Source: a virus (Duplodnaviria > Caudoviricetes). Taken from it: a stretch of 64,000 nt of DNA. The stretch lies in the IMG/VR virus record IMGVR_UViG_3300032250_000391, positions 1-64,000 of that record; one strand, 5' to 3'. The position numbers and the translations under genes were made by a program. The notes beneath the pieces were generated by a model. That model did not search any database. It had not been told where the DNA came from and saw only the letters and a list, made by a program, of their open reading frames with translations. Positions 31,454-41,811 of the stretch are shown here, piece after piece. Position 1 is the stretch's first letter. Each line of letters opens with the position of its first letter.

Positions 31454-31886
31454 GCTTGTAATACTCCACACGACCCCAGCCGCTATTTTTAAGAGACGTA
31501 ACTGTACTAAACACAACGCCTTCGCCTTTAACACAGTGCAACACGCCACCGCCGTCTACATCTAACCAAAGACCTACATGAGAAGGATACTTAGCATGAG
31601 CCATTAATACGGCACAACCTTGTTTTGGATTGGTCACTAAAGTCCATTTGTCGCGCTCGTTTGCTTCGCCAATTGTATTGGCTACTTTTTTGAAATCACT
31701 TGCATCTACGTCATATTCGGGAACAACAATGCCAAAGTGATTTTCTTGAACATATTTGAAGAAGCTCCAGCAGTCGAACGAATCTGGACCAACCCCGCCG
31801 CTTACCCACGGGCGTCCAATATAGTCAAACGCCCAATGAACTTCTTGATTAATCTGCGATAAGTCCGGGGAATTTAGCTTCGTCAT
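31437..31886 (-). CDS. NlpC/P60 tail protein (gpK-like)
   Basis: YIGRPW..GG.GPDSFDCW and HVGLW...VLH motifs. Confidence 0.85.
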   Translation of the reverse strand: MTKLNSPDLSQINQEVHWAFDYIGRPWVSGGVGPDSFDCWSFFKYVQENHFGIVVPEYDVDASDFKKVANTIGEANERDKWTLVTNPKQGCAVLMAHAKYPSHVGLWLDVDGGGVLHCVKGEGVVFSTVTSLKNSGWGRVEYYKHVSNT

Positions 31887-32379
31887 ATTCTTCTCCTGGA
31901 AACTTTCTATTGATAAAGTCGGCAATTGATGCTTTTGCGTTTATGGACAACGCATCTGCTTCAATTGATACAATTGTCAAATGGAGAGGCGGGTCATTGT
32001 GTGGACCGCTCGCCAAATCGTTTGATAAGAAAGCTCTATATGTTAGCTCTAGTTTTTGAGGCAAATTAATAGCTAATTCAATGTTCTGCAAAATCTCACG
32101 CGATACATTGTCAATTTTTAAACCAAGTTCAGGCACGCCCTTTTCGGTCATTTCCGGCAAAGAAAGCTCAAAGGCAAAAGGCTGAAATTCAACCATTAGT
32201 CCTGCATCTTGCGGCGCTTCTGTCTCTAGTCTTGCAGTTACTGGCGTAAAGTCTGAAACAACTCTAATTGGCGCCGTAAATGCTGGGTGTCTAATTTCTA
32301 AAGTATTGACAACTACTACATCTGACGGAGCAGATGCGTATGCTTCTTTTAAAGCTTCGGACAAGGTGACATTTGGCAT
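31849..32379 (-). CDS. Minor tail protein (DUF1833/gpL-like)
   Basis: AYASA...TLEIRHP...IDNVSR...FPG; position. Confidence 0.8.
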   Translation of the reverse strand: MPNVTLSEALKEAYASAPSDVVVVNTLEIRHPAFTAPIRVVSDFTPVTARLETEAPQDAGLMVEFQPFAFELSLPEMTEKGVPELGLKIDNVSREILQNIELAINLPQKLELTYRAFLSNDLASGPHNDPPLHLTIVSIEADALSINAKASIADFINRKFPGEEYDEAKFPGLIAD

Positions 32380-32429
32380 TAATATCTCTAATTAATAAGT
32401 TACAAGTGACTTATTATAATTAATAAGAA

Positions 32430-32807
32430 CTAAGTTGGCAATGGTCTTGTTAAAACTTCCAAAGTTGCGGATACAGACCACCCAAATTCTCTGTGCGAGG
32501 CTTTTGCTTCGTATGTATCTTTAAATCTGGCAAGGTATGTAGTTTGACCCATACCATTAACCAAACTAATATAAAACCAATTAGCGCCGTTTAAACAATC
32601 CACTTCATAAAACTTTTCAAATATTGCAAGCTGTGCAATAGTAAATTGCCAAACAACTTTAATTTCTGTAGGCGCAGAAATAAAACGACGGCGTACTTTA
32701 GCTAAACCCGTTTCCATTTCCGTTCTGATATTAGTATTGCCAGGCTTAAAAGCGTAGTCATCCATTTGTACGTTTGGTAACGTGGTAGGGTAATTTGCTG
32801 GTGGCAT
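32430..32807 (-). CDS. Distal tail protein (gpM-like)
   Basis: IRTEMETG..KVRRRF motif; follows the tape measure gene. Confidence 0.75.
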   Translation of the reverse strand: MPPANYPTTLPNVQMDDYAFKPGNTNIRTEMETGLAKVRRRFISAPTEIKVVWQFTIAQLAIFEKFYEVDCLNGANWFYISLVNGMGQTTYLARFKDTYEAKASHREFGWSVSATLEVLTRPLPT

Positions 32808-35800
32808 TATCTATAGCTCCCCATTGCTCTGTTTAATCCGTATGTTTTTTCCATAACGCTAGAAAGACTGCCTCTGCCCTTTGCTAGATTTTGAGAAATC
32901 TTTCCTTCAACTTGCGCAATAATGACGTCAACATTCGTACTTCCGTCTGGATTTTGGCTTTCTCTTGTTTCTGTACCGGCTGGAGCATTGATAACATTTA
33001 CTGTTACGTTGCTTGCGCCTGAGTTGCCGCCTCTCATTGATACAGGTATTGTTCTGCCGTCAGGTAAAGGTACATAAGCTTCGTTCATGCTACCTTCGCC
33101 AAATAGTGCTAACTGAGGGCTTTTGGCAATGCCTCCGCTTGCGTACTTACGAAGCTTCATTGCGCCCATACTGGTCATAATTCCGCCATTGGCAAAATCT
33201 GAATATGACGGAACAAAGTCAGGTAACTCTTCATAACCGCTACCACCACCAAAGAAGTCAAGAATACCGTCTAAGAATCCACCACCTCCACCTCCGCCAC
33301 CACTCGCACCACCACCGTTAACTGCAATTTGATTTAATGCGACTGCGGCAGCATTTGCGGCATTAGCCACATAAGTCAAAGCGCCGGCTGCCGTTGATGA
33401 GGTTGCGGCTTGGGCAATACCTTCTATTGCTGATTGACCGAGACTGTCTGTAAGTACCTCTGCCTCGTCAGATGTGCCCTTGAAGATGCCTGTCAAATAC
33501 TCCATACCTTTGGCAAGTAAGCTTTGGCTTTGCGTTGTTCCACTTTCATCTGCAACTTCAGGAGCTTTAGTTTCACCAAACATTCCGCCCACGATTTTTG
33601 TTAACTCGTCAACTCCGGTTTTGACAACGGCAGCTAACTGTTTTTGCATCGTAATACGTAAGATGTCAGTTAAGATAGAATCAACCAAACTGCTGAAGTT
33701 TAATTTTCCAGTTTTAGTAAATTCCACGAAAGCATCAACTGAGGCATTTGCCCAATTGACAGAAGCTTCCTGCATTTGAGTAGTAACGTCTTGCCATTTT
33801 CTGCTCAATTGCTCCATTGGAGTTTCTGATTGGCGAGCAACATCTCTCTCAGTAGCCGCTCTAAGGCGATTATAATCATCTGTTAGTTTTTGTTTTGCCT
33901 GTTCGTGATTTGCCTGTAAAAGCATTTGTGCGTCGTAATTTTCTTTCAAGTTACGAAGACGAATTTCGCCCTCAGCACGAGCGCGTTCGGTAGCGTTCTC
34001 AATCATTGAGATTTCTAACTGCTCTGCTTGTTTTTTGAACCCCTGAGCCATCTCAAGAGCTTTTGCGCCTCTTGTATTGTTGACTGTTTCATTTGCCGTG
34101 TCGTTGAATAATTTCATAGCGACGGCAGCATTTTCGGCAGATTGAGCACTGCTGTCCAAATAGCGCTGTAGAGCTTGGCGCTTCTCTTCAATGCCTGCCA
34201 ACATTTTTGCATCAGCGCTTGAAGCGGCATTTGTGTCAGAATTATAGTTATCCAATGCCGCTTTATATTTTTCGTTGCCTTCTATCCACGCCGTTGTGAG
34301 CGAATCAAAAGCTTGACCGGCCTCATTAGCGGTTCTTTCAACGAAAGCTTTTGCATCTTGAATATCCTTAAGCATTCCTTGATTAATAATTTCTGCTCTA
34401 GCCGCGTCTATTTCTTGAGCGGTTGGCTTAACTTTTGTTTTCTTTTTGCCAACTTTAACTGTTTTATTGTATTCTCCGTTTTCTAAATCTGTGTTAAATT
34501 TAGCTAATTCTCCAAAAACATCATTTGTGTCTTTTATGGTTTCTGATAGCTTGGCGTTTTCCGCTTTTAAATTATCTGTAAATTCTTTAATTTTATTTAC
34601 TGTAGACCCATTTCCGTTGGCGTTAGGGTCAGCTTTTGGTTGAAACACCAAACCATCATAGGCTTCTTGAGCTTGCTTTTTAAAATCTTCCTGCTCGTTT
34701 ATTAATTTTCGATTTGCATCTAACAACGCATTGTAGTCATTAATGGCGCGAGCTTGTAAAGGTTTGTTTTTTGAATCAACGCCTGACGCAAGTGTTTTTT
34801 CAATCGCTTTGTTTTGGTCTGTATAAATTTTAATAGCAATGTCTGCCGTTTTTTTAGCAGATTCAATGGTCGCTTTACGAACTTCAATAGCCGCCTCTTC
34901 TTTATTTTTTGCGTTCTTTCTAATTAGCTCAGTTTCTTTGCCAAGTAAGCTTCTTGCGTTTACCTCAATTGCATCAATTTTTATTTCAGTTGCTCTAGTC
35001 TCTTGCGTTACGTAGTCTTTGGCTGAATTACTAATCGCTTGAGCTTCAGCTTTAGAAAGTGCATTTTGATTTTTTTCGAGTCTTGCGCTAATCTCCGATA
35101 ATTCGGCGCTAGTTTCTCTAATTTTGTAATTAGGCTTTGTTTCTTTTTTTGCATCCGCAATCTTTACAAGAGTGGCTAATTCGTAAGATAAAGTTTTAAC
35201 TCTTTCTTTGTCCGCTTCAATTCCTATTTTTAATTGCTGTACATTTTCAAAAGATGCGTAGCCACCTTTAAGTGCGGCTAATGCGTCTTCCGCGCCACTA
35301 ATAGCCTTTTTCGCTTTGGAACCCCAAGCGTCCCACAAAACTGCACCCGCCGTGAGTGCGATTGCGAGAATGCCAAGAGGCCCACCTAAAAACGCAATGC
35401 CACGCGAAGCAACGCCCATTGCTACAGCGCCGGCTCTCGCGGCAGTTCCCATTGCGGTAAGTGATACAGCAGTCCTTTGATTTGCGGCAACAATGGCAGC
35501 AGATGATGCATTTGCGGCAGCAGCCATTTGAGCTTGCGATATAGCAAATTGCCTTGCATTTTGTTGAGCGGCTAATGCCAAAGCTCTTTGTGAATTCATC
35601 GTTGCGGTCGCTCTTGCAACGTCTACTGGAGTACCTCTGGTAGTAAATCCAGTTTGTAAAGAGCGTTCTGCCGCTAATCTTGCCTGGTTTCTTCTTAACG
35701 CAATTGCCATTTCTGCGGCAGATGCCTGTGCGTATAATTCTACCCTAGCAAGAGAAATTGCTCTTTCGGCTGCTAAGGCGGCAACGTTTGCTTGATTTCT

Positions 35801-36967
35801 TGACACAAGTGCTTGACGGTCTAGCATTATTCTAGATGCTTGAATAGTTCGCTCAGAAGCCAATGCGGCAGTCGCACGTTGCGTGTATACACCCAAAGCT
35901 AATGTAAGGCCTTTAATGCCGTTATAAATGACTGAAGAGCCCCAAATAATTAGCAAGCCCTTACCAATCGATTTAATTTCTTCGCTGTATCGAATTACAA
36001 AGCTAATCGCCGCTTGTACTGCTTCCATCGTTGATACTAAAGCTTGACCAATATCAGATGCGAATTTTTTACCAGAATCGGATTGTAAAAATACGTTAAG
36101 ATTTCTTAACGATTCAGTAACGCCTTTGTAAAAACCACCCTCACCCACTTGATTGCCAAACAATGTAAAGTTAGTTTTTAACTTCTCCAATTGACCAAGC
36201 CACGTATCTGCAAAAGCTTTTGCTGAATCGCCGTTACGCACACGCATCACAAAAAACATACGCTCTAAAGCAGTTGTAGATTCCACTTCGCCTTTGGAAA
36301 TGTGTCTGACTAATTCTGCCATTGATAAGCCAGCGCCATCTGCCATATCCTGCATAGCGGTTGGAATTGCCTCACCAAGTTGTTGTCTCAATTCTTCCAT
36401 TGAGATGACGCCCTTACCTGACATTTGCTGAATGGCTACAGAAGAGCGTTTTAGTAATTCGGATGAGCCACCAAATTTAGCTACAGAATCCACAAGAGTT
36501 TGTAACTTTCCGTCCATTGGGTCTAATCCAGCGGATTTCATTTTTACAAATGCGTCTGTTAAGGCATTGACTTCAAATGGCGCATTTTTAGCCATCTTAA
36601 ATACAAACTCGCGACCTTGAATGGCGTCCAATGCTTTGCCTTGCTCGGTGGTCGCCTTGCTCAAGCCCTTCATCAGAAGTGTCATTTTTTCGATTTGCGC
36701 GGAGGCTTCAATTACCTTGCCGGCGGTTGCGCCAAACACGTCGCGAATATCGTAAAGGAAAAAGCGGAGCATACCGCCTGTGCGAATTAAGCTTGAGAAG
36801 GATGCGCCAAGTCCTGTATAGCGGTCTTCTAGATTTTTGACGGAAGTGGCTGATGACCTAATAGTCTGAGTCAGTTCGCGGATGAGTTTTCCTGAGTTCT
36901 GTACTTTGTAAGAGAACTCTTTATCATCAAGGGTCATTACTACTCTGATATCGCCCGCGACCGCCAT
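32807..36967 (-). CDS. Tail tape measure protein
   Basis: 1386-aa Ala-rich helical protein with GVISMEELRQQLGE and C-terminal FANGG/GEG..EAYVPL. Confidence 0.93.
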   Translation of the reverse strand: MAVAGDIRVVMTLDDKEFSYKVQNSGKLIRELTQTIRSSATSVKNLEDRYTGLGASFSSLIRTGGMLRFFLYDIRDVFGATAGKVIEASAQIEKMTLLMKGLSKATTEQGKALDAIQGREFVFKMAKNAPFEVNALTDAFVKMKSAGLDPMDGKLQTLVDSVAKFGGSSELLKRSSVAIQQMSGKGVISMEELRQQLGEAIPTAMQDMADGAGLSMAELVRHISKGEVESTTALERMFFVMRVRNGDSAKAFADTWLGQLEKLKTNFTLFGNQVGEGGFYKGVTESLRNLNVFLQSDSGKKFASDIGQALVSTMEAVQAAISFVIRYSEEIKSIGKGLLIIWGSSVIYNGIKGLTLALGVYTQRATAALASERTIQASRIMLDRQALVSRNQANVAALAAERAISLARVELYAQASAAEMAIALRRNQARLAAERSLQTGFTTRGTPVDVARATATMNSQRALALAAQQNARQFAISQAQMAAAANASSAAIVAANQRTAVSLTAMGTAARAGAVAMGVASRGIAFLGGPLGILAIALTAGAVLWDAWGSKAKKAISGAEDALAALKGGYASFENVQQLKIGIEADKERVKTLSYELATLVKIADAKKETKPNYKIRETSAELSEISARLEKNQNALSKAEAQAISNSAKDYVTQETRATEIKIDAIEVNARSLLGKETELIRKNAKNKEEAAIEVRKATIESAKKTADIAIKIYTDQNKAIEKTLASGVDSKNKPLQARAINDYNALLDANRKLINEQEDFKKQAQEAYDGLVFQPKADPNANGNGSTVNKIKEFTDNLKAENAKLSETIKDTNDVFGELAKFNTDLENGEYNKTVKVGKKKTKVKPTAQEIDAARAEIINQGMLKDIQDAKAFVERTANEAGQAFDSLTTAWIEGNEKYKAALDNYNSDTNAASSADAKMLAGIEEKRQALQRYLDSSAQSAENAAVAMKLFNDTANETVNNTRGAKALEMAQGFKKQAEQLEISMIENATERARAEGEIRLRNLKENYDAQMLLQANHEQAKQKLTDDYNRLRAATERDVARQSETPMEQLSRKWQDVTTQMQEASVNWANASVDAFVEFTKTGKLNFSSLVDSILTDILRITMQKQLAAVVKTGVDELTKIVGGMFGETKAPEVADESGTTQSQSLLAKGMEYLTGIFKGTSDEAEVLTDSLGQSAIEGIAQAATSSTAAGALTYVANAANAAAVALNQIAVNGGGASGGGGGGGGFLDGILDFFGGGSGYEELPDFVPSYSDFANGGIMTSMGAMKLRKYASGGIAKSPQLALFGEGSMNEAYVPLPDGRTIPVSMRGGNSGASNVTVNVINAPAGTETRESQNPDGSTNVDVIIAQVEGKISQNLAKGRGSLSSVMEKTYGLNRAMGSYR

Positions 36968-36976
36968 TTATTATCC

Positions 36977-37617
36977 TTAAAAGAGCATTTGTTTCAAATT
37001 ACTAAGACCTTCTTCATCGCGAACTGGCTTGTTAAAAACGACCATACCAACCTCGCTAATTAGAGAATCTCTCGTCTGTGCCGCAGACTCAGAATGTTGA
37101 GCACTGGCTGCGACAGTTAGCCTACGAATATCATTCTGAGCATTTATTCGCTCAATACTCGTATTCATTAGCCAAAAACGTTTAAGAGGCATTTTTAATA
37201 CTTCTAAATCAGTCATTCCATAAAAGGCACAAACACGACAAAAGAAGAAACCAAAATCAATGATTTCTTCTATTCCATCTGCGCCTTCTGTTAGTTTCCC
37301 GAAACTTGTGCCTCTGTTACGGCATTTTTAATTTCATCAGGAACTTCGCCTCTAATAAAAGCGGAAATTGCATTTAGCTGTTCAAACGGTAATCCGCGAA
37401 TCTCAGCTTCTTGCAAAGTAGGAATGGCGCGAGAAACCATTGTTACAATCGCATCTATCTGAGCTTTAGGACTTGAGTCTTTATCAAGTACATCTGCTGT
37501 ATTCATTGCTACCAGAAAGTCGTCTACCGACATTTCTTTAATTTCATGTGTTACGCCTTTAAGAACAATTTCTTTTCGCTCTTTTGCAAGACCATCCACG
37601 TTTAGAATTTTTGCCAT
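36977..37617 (-). CDS. Tail assembly chaperones G (37291-37617) and G-T via -1 frameshift
   Basis: Slippery G GGA AAC at 37294-37300 just before the G stop; the -1 frame is open into the 36977-37216 ORF. Confidence 0.85.
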
Positions 37618-37658
37618 TTTTTATCTCTCCAGTTAGTAAAATAAATCTTTAAATCAAC

Positions 37659-37680
37659 ATGTACCCCCGAAGGGGTACAT
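37659..37680 (-). terminator. Hairpin after the major tail gene
   Basis: ATGTACCCC-TTCG-GGGGTACAT on the minus strand. Confidence 0.65.
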
Positions 37681-37700
37681 TACACAGGGTTAGCTAGGTG

Positions 37701-38510
37701 TTATGAAAGTAAAGCCATTGATACGCCAGCGGCAAATGAACCTGTACCAACGCTTACAGCACCTGTGCCGGCAATTGCGGCATCGTATGAAAGATGCAAT
37801 GAACAGGTTGTCGCTGAAATGAACTTCATGTAATACAATCTACGACCAACAACTCCAGTAGGGAATGCGCCGGTGGCATTAACTGCGGCTAGCATGACCA
37901 TTTTGCCTGTCATCGCGTTAGTTAATCCTGTACTTACAGTCAATACGGTTGTAGCCATGGAAGTGACTGTGAATGTTTTAAGAACCGCGTCGGTAAATGG
38001 ATTTCCAGCGTAGAACAACATGTTTGACAATGGGTCAGGATAGCCAGTAAATTCTACGTTGAAAATACGTTCATTTTCTAACTGATAAGCAAACTGCAAT
38101 GCACCTGGAGTATTTGCCAAAGGAATGATTACTTCGTCTGAAAAGTCAAAGTCGTTCAATGATACTGGGTGAAGAGAAAGCAATTTAGAAGTAGAAAGTA
38201 AGTCAGCACCAATACCAGTGTCAACGCCTAAACGTTTATTAGTGGTACCTTCAATACCTACGGCGCCCACTCTTAATGGGAACATTGCAGCCATGTTTTC
38301 TAGAGTTGTTTCAGCTAAAGGCACTTTAACCTTTGCATCACGACCCATGATGAACTCGTTAATTGCGGTTTTACCGAATTGGTCTACTTCTATTCGATAA
38401 GTCATTGTAGCGACGCTGAATTCAACGCCGCCTTTAGTGTAACCAAGGTCTTCACCATTAAAGAAGACCTTGCAAACACCAAGTTTTACGTTTTTGGTAC
38501 TTGATGGCAT
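37701..38510 (-). CDS. Major tail tube protein
   Basis: VKLGVCKV...DLGYTKGGVE...VPLAETT; position. Confidence 0.85.
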   Translation of the reverse strand: MPSSTKNVKLGVCKVFFNGEDLGYTKGGVEFSVATMTYRIEVDQFGKTAINEFIMGRDAKVKVPLAETTLENMAAMFPLRVGAVGIEGTTNKRLGVDTGIGADLLSTSKLLSLHPVSLNDFDFSDEVIIPLANTPGALQFAYQLENERIFNVEFTGYPDPLSNMLFYAGNPFTDAVLKTFTVTSMATTVLTVSTGLTNAMTGKMVMLAAVNATGAFPTGVVGRRLYYMKFISATTCSLHLSYDAAIAGTGAVSVGTGSFAAGVSMALLS

Positions 38511-38599
38511 GATAGTTTTTCCTTTTGCAAAAGAGAAATGTTAATAAGTCATTGGTGACTTACAGAATATACCACAAAGACGACAATAAATCACTAACA

Positions 38600-39100
38600 T
38601 TATTCATCATCTTCGTAGTCAGAATCGTCGCCAGAGCTAAAGCCTCTGCTTTGTATTAAGAGCCTAGACCTAGCTTCACTAAGCATAGAACTTACAGTTT
38701 GAGAAGTGGTGTCATCAGCGGCTCTTTCAAGATATTTTGGGCCAACTGTAACGCCAAGAGTACCTTGTTTAGCCAGTGATTTTTGTCCAAGTTTGTAAAT
38801 GCCCTCGTGCATGCGCATTGCGTACTCGCCAACGGTATGTCCGCTTCTGTCATCTACGGGATAATTTTCGTCAACAAATACAAAAACATTTGTTCTGCCA
38901 TTAATTCCGCTTCTATCGGTTTCCATAGTAATAGCTTGTTCCAAATTGCCTTCATCTACCGGAGCGTAATCTTTGGCTTTTTCTCGCATATTTCTGCCGC
39001 CTTCAATCATTTTTTTGGCAACACCCTTCTTTACATATTCGCCAGTTTGGCTAATTATGGCGATTAAAGAATCTATATCTGTGTCGAGCTTAATACCCAT
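38600..39100 (-). CDS. HK97 gp10-like tail completion protein
   Basis: APVDEGNL, YA..MHEG and PKYLERA motifs. Confidence 0.8.
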   Translation of the reverse strand: MGIKLDTDIDSLIAIISQTGEYVKKGVAKKMIEGGRNMREKAKDYAPVDEGNLEQAITMETDRSGINGRTNVFVFVDENYPVDDRSGHTVGEYAMRMHEGIYKLGQKSLAKQGTLGVTVGPKYLERAADDTTSQTVSSMLSEARSRLLIQSRGFSSGDDSDYEDDE

Positions 39101-39491
39101 CGGCGTCTGTTACCACAAAACAAATATCAAAGTTAATACTAAATTCGATGTTATTGCCCGGAGAGCCTCTAAACGATACTGGCTCATGTCTTGGTCTAAC
39201 GTATTTAATATAAATGGCGTCAAGTTGAGTATCTTCAAAAGTCAAAACGCTAAAAACGGCTCTAGACAATGTATCGCCTTGAGAATAGTTTTGAGCTTGA
39301 GTTCTGACAATAGCTTGAAATGATGCTTTTCTAAATTCTGGCAATTCATAGTCAATCTTTGTTCCAGTAAGCGGCGAACGAAGCAATATTCCCGTCTCGA
39401 CCTCTGATGGAAATAAATTCAAGAATAAATTAGTGCCAGCTCTGGCTATGCCTGCATCTTCTATTACTCTAGCAATTGGAAGAAGGTTCAC
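39090..39491 (-). CDS. Tail terminator-like protein
   Basis: 133 aa; FQAIVR and FSINF motifs; position. Confidence 0.65.
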   Translation of the reverse strand: MNLLPIARVIEDAGIARAGTNLFLNLFPSEVETGILLRSPLTGTKIDYELPEFRKASFQAIVRTQAQNYSQGDTLSRAVFSVLTFEDTQLDAIYIKYVRPRHEPVSFRGSPGNNIEFSINFDICFVVTDADGY

Positions 39492-39494
39492 TGA

Positions 39495-39884
39495 TTACTC
39501 CCAGATATCACAAGTAATTTGATAGTGGTCTAAATTGCCAGATATTGAGTATCTTGGAAATTTACCGATAACTCTTAAATTTACGCCAGCAACGGCAACA
39601 AAATCGTCAACATCGGCCTTTGTAGTTGCGAGAAATAATAGCTCTGCATCCGCTAGTCTTTCTCTAGCTGAACCCCTTGAAGCTGAAGCGTCTGCTCGAA
39701 TAGGCGTTACGTCAGTAGTGGTAATTAATTTAACAATTGCGCACTTTTCTCTGTAAATAATGCCAACTTTAGGCTGACCATAGATATCTAGACCAGCATG
39801 TTTAGTTACCGTACATTTAAGATTAGGAATAAATAACATTTGCGACCACCGTAGCTTGGGAATATGGGTGAAATAATTGAGCAA
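39495..39884 (-). CDS. Head closure protein
   Basis: D.YGQP and LDHYQI motifs; position. Confidence 0.6.
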   Translation of the reverse strand: MLNYFTHIPKLRWSQMLFIPNLKCTVTKHAGLDIYGQPKVGIIYREKCAIVKLITTTDVTPIRADASASRGSARERLADAELLFLATTKADVDDFVAVAGVNLRVIGKFPRYSISGNLDHYQITCDIWE

Positions 39885-40467
39885 CCACTTTTACTTGCTC
39901 GTTGTCTTTCGGGTCAAAAACTGCTCCATTATTTTGATGATTTGGGTCTGGATAGACTATCTTTCCGTAGTGCCCGTTAGTGGCTAATAAATCTACCGAA
40001 GAAACAAAATAAGTGTCCGTAGCAAACGAGCGAACTAAACCAACTACATAATTATTTGGGTCTAGAGACCTACCGCGAGTATCTCTAACGCGATAATCAA
40101 ACTCTCTATCTGTAAAGCCAGCTTTCTGACCAAATAAAGCGCCATTACGCAGTTTTGATTGATAGTGTCGAATGGAATCTGTTGTTAAAGCGTCTAGCTT
40201 GTTAATTAGTATTTCACGTAGCCCGTTAACGCGGTTTTTAGCGCTCTCAGAGACGCCATTTGCAGAAAGCGTCACATAGTCATTAATATGTCTTAAATAT
40301 GCGTCATAGAAGCGATTAGACATGTTAGAGGCTTCTCTTGCAAACGTAGTTACAGTAAAAGCGTCTGTCTTGCCGTCGGCGGCTTTTTTTAAATACAAGG
40401 CATAAATTGAGCGATGAAATAACTCATAACCCATCGCAACATTGTTCGCTACAATATCGCGGCTCAT
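39823..40467 (-). CDS. Virion morphogenesis hypothetical protein
   Basis: ORF within the neck operon. Confidence 0.55.
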   Translation of the reverse strand: MSRDIVANNVAMGYELFHRSIYALYLKKAADGKTDAFTVTTFAREASNMSNRFYDAYLRHINDYVTLSANGVSESAKNRVNGLREILINKLDALTTDSIRHYQSKLRNGALFGQKAGFTDREFDYRVRDTRGRSLDPNNYVVGLVRSFATDTYFVSSVDLLATNGHYGKIVYPDPNHQNNGAVFDPKDNEQVKVVAQLFHPYSQATVVANVIYS

Positions 40468-40469
40468 AC

Positions 40470-41306
40470 TTAACCTCTGCCTACGCGTCTAGTAAACGAA
40501 ATGTAGTAGCTCAAATAAGACAGAGCTTTGCTACATACTGGTAATTGCATTGGCTTTCCCTCTCTATATCTCTGAGACACTTCTCCAATAGTTGAACTAA
40601 TTAAACCAGATTCTCTTTGGTCTTTGATAGGGTCGCTGCCAAGAATGGCGTCAGCTTCAGCCACTTGAGCCAATCTGAGCTTCTGTCTCATTTTTTCTGG
40701 CAGTGCCGCGTACTGAGCTGGCTTAAGTAAATCTAAGTTGCCGCCCAGGAACGCTACATTATTTTTAGAAATATACGGAGTCTCAAATTGCATATCGCCA
40801 AAATAAGCGATGTTTGATTGGTCAAAATATCCAGTCAGCAAAGTAAAGTGCAGTTGCACGATGTGATGTCGGGCATCCATAAGTGCCGTAAGTCTGTCTT
40901 GTTCTGAAGCCGCATTCCACGCAGGAATATCTGATATTTCCATTCCTGTTAAAAGTGCTTGAGCGTAGGTCTGAAAAGAATTTTCACCGACAACCAATAC
41001 TTGAGACGCCTCAATAACATAAGGGTATCTAATGGTTATTTGATTTTCGTCTTCAGTTAGATACAGTTCAATGTTGCGTAGCTCTCTAATACTGCCAGTT
41101 GCTAGAACGTTTTTTACGGCAAGCACCGTAATTGTCGCTTCACTACTGCCGGCAGAAAAGGAAGTTAAAGGCGTCAAGGCAAGAACTTCTACCTCGTCTT
41201 GGTTCACAACACGATAAGAAATCGCACTAACGTTGTAAGCATTACCTTCGGCGTCAGCGAGCGGAATAATAAGAGTTACATCTGAATTAGCGCGAAATAT
41301 GTCCAT
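40470..41306 (-). CDS. Head-tail adaptor
   Basis: GENSFQTY.QA, AQVAEA and S.TIGEVS motifs. Confidence 0.65.
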   Translation of the reverse strand: MDIFRANSDVTLIIPLADAEGNAYNVSAISYRVVNQDEVEVLALTPLTSFSAGSSEATITVLAVKNVLATGSIRELRNIELYLTEDENQITIRYPYVIEASQVLVVGENSFQTYAQALLTGMEISDIPAWNAASEQDRLTALMDARHHIVQLHFTLLTGYFDQSNIAYFGDMQFETPYISKNNVAFLGGNLDLLKPAQYAALPEKMRQKLRLAQVAEADAILGSDPIKDQRESGLISSTIGEVSQRYREGKPMQLPVCSKALSYLSYYISFTRRVGRG

Positions 41307-41308
41307 AA

Positions 41309-41734
41309 TTACTTACCTTCTTGAGCCTTTAAAATGCCGTCAATAAGTTCTTTGATTGATTTGCCTTTTACGCCTAAATTTTCAGCGATTGCACGCAAGC
41401 CACTAATTCCGTCTTTGTCTGCGACTTTGCCCAAATCAACTTCCGAATAGAAAGCTGTTGTCGCTTCAATTACGGGTGTTTTTTCTTTTTCTACAGGCTG
41501 TTCTGCGGTAGGTCTGCCGTCTCCGATTATCGGAGCTGGAGTATTTGCATTATCTAAAATGCTTTGCGTTATACTTGGAGAAGTACCGTCTTCCCATTCA
41601 ACGTACATAAAACAACTGAGCTTAACGGCGTCAATTGTCAAAACGTCTTTTAAGCTTAAGCCGTTTTCAAAATCCATTACGCCCATCTGCCCTGAGTAAG
41701 TTTCGAAACCAGGCTCTTTAAGTCTTAATTTCAT
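41309..41734 (-). CDS. Hypothetical protein with C-terminal HeH/LEM-like motif
   Basis: GISGLRAIAENLGVKGKSIKELID. Confidence 0.6.
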   Translation of the reverse strand: MKLRLKEPGFETYSGQMGVMDFENGLSLKDVLTIDAVKLSCFMYVEWEDGTSPSITQSILDNANTPAPIIGDGRPTAEQPVEKEKTPVIEATTAFYSEVDLGKVADKDGISGLRAIAENLGVKGKSIKELIDGILKAQEGK

Positions 41735-41753
41735 TTATCCTGTCCTTTATATG

Positions 41754-41786
41754 AAAAAGGGCGAGCCATTAGACTCGCCCTATTTT
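41754..41786 (-). terminator. Intrinsic terminator after the capsid gene
   Basis: AGGGCGAG...CTCGCCCT stem followed by a T-run. Confidence 0.75.
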
Positions 41787-41811
41787 GTCGTCACCAGTGA
41801 CTTACCACGTT

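Noticed and set aside
37294-37300. Frameshift as a novelty or pseudogene
   Set aside because: It is the standard tail-chaperone G/G-T programmed -1 frameshift.
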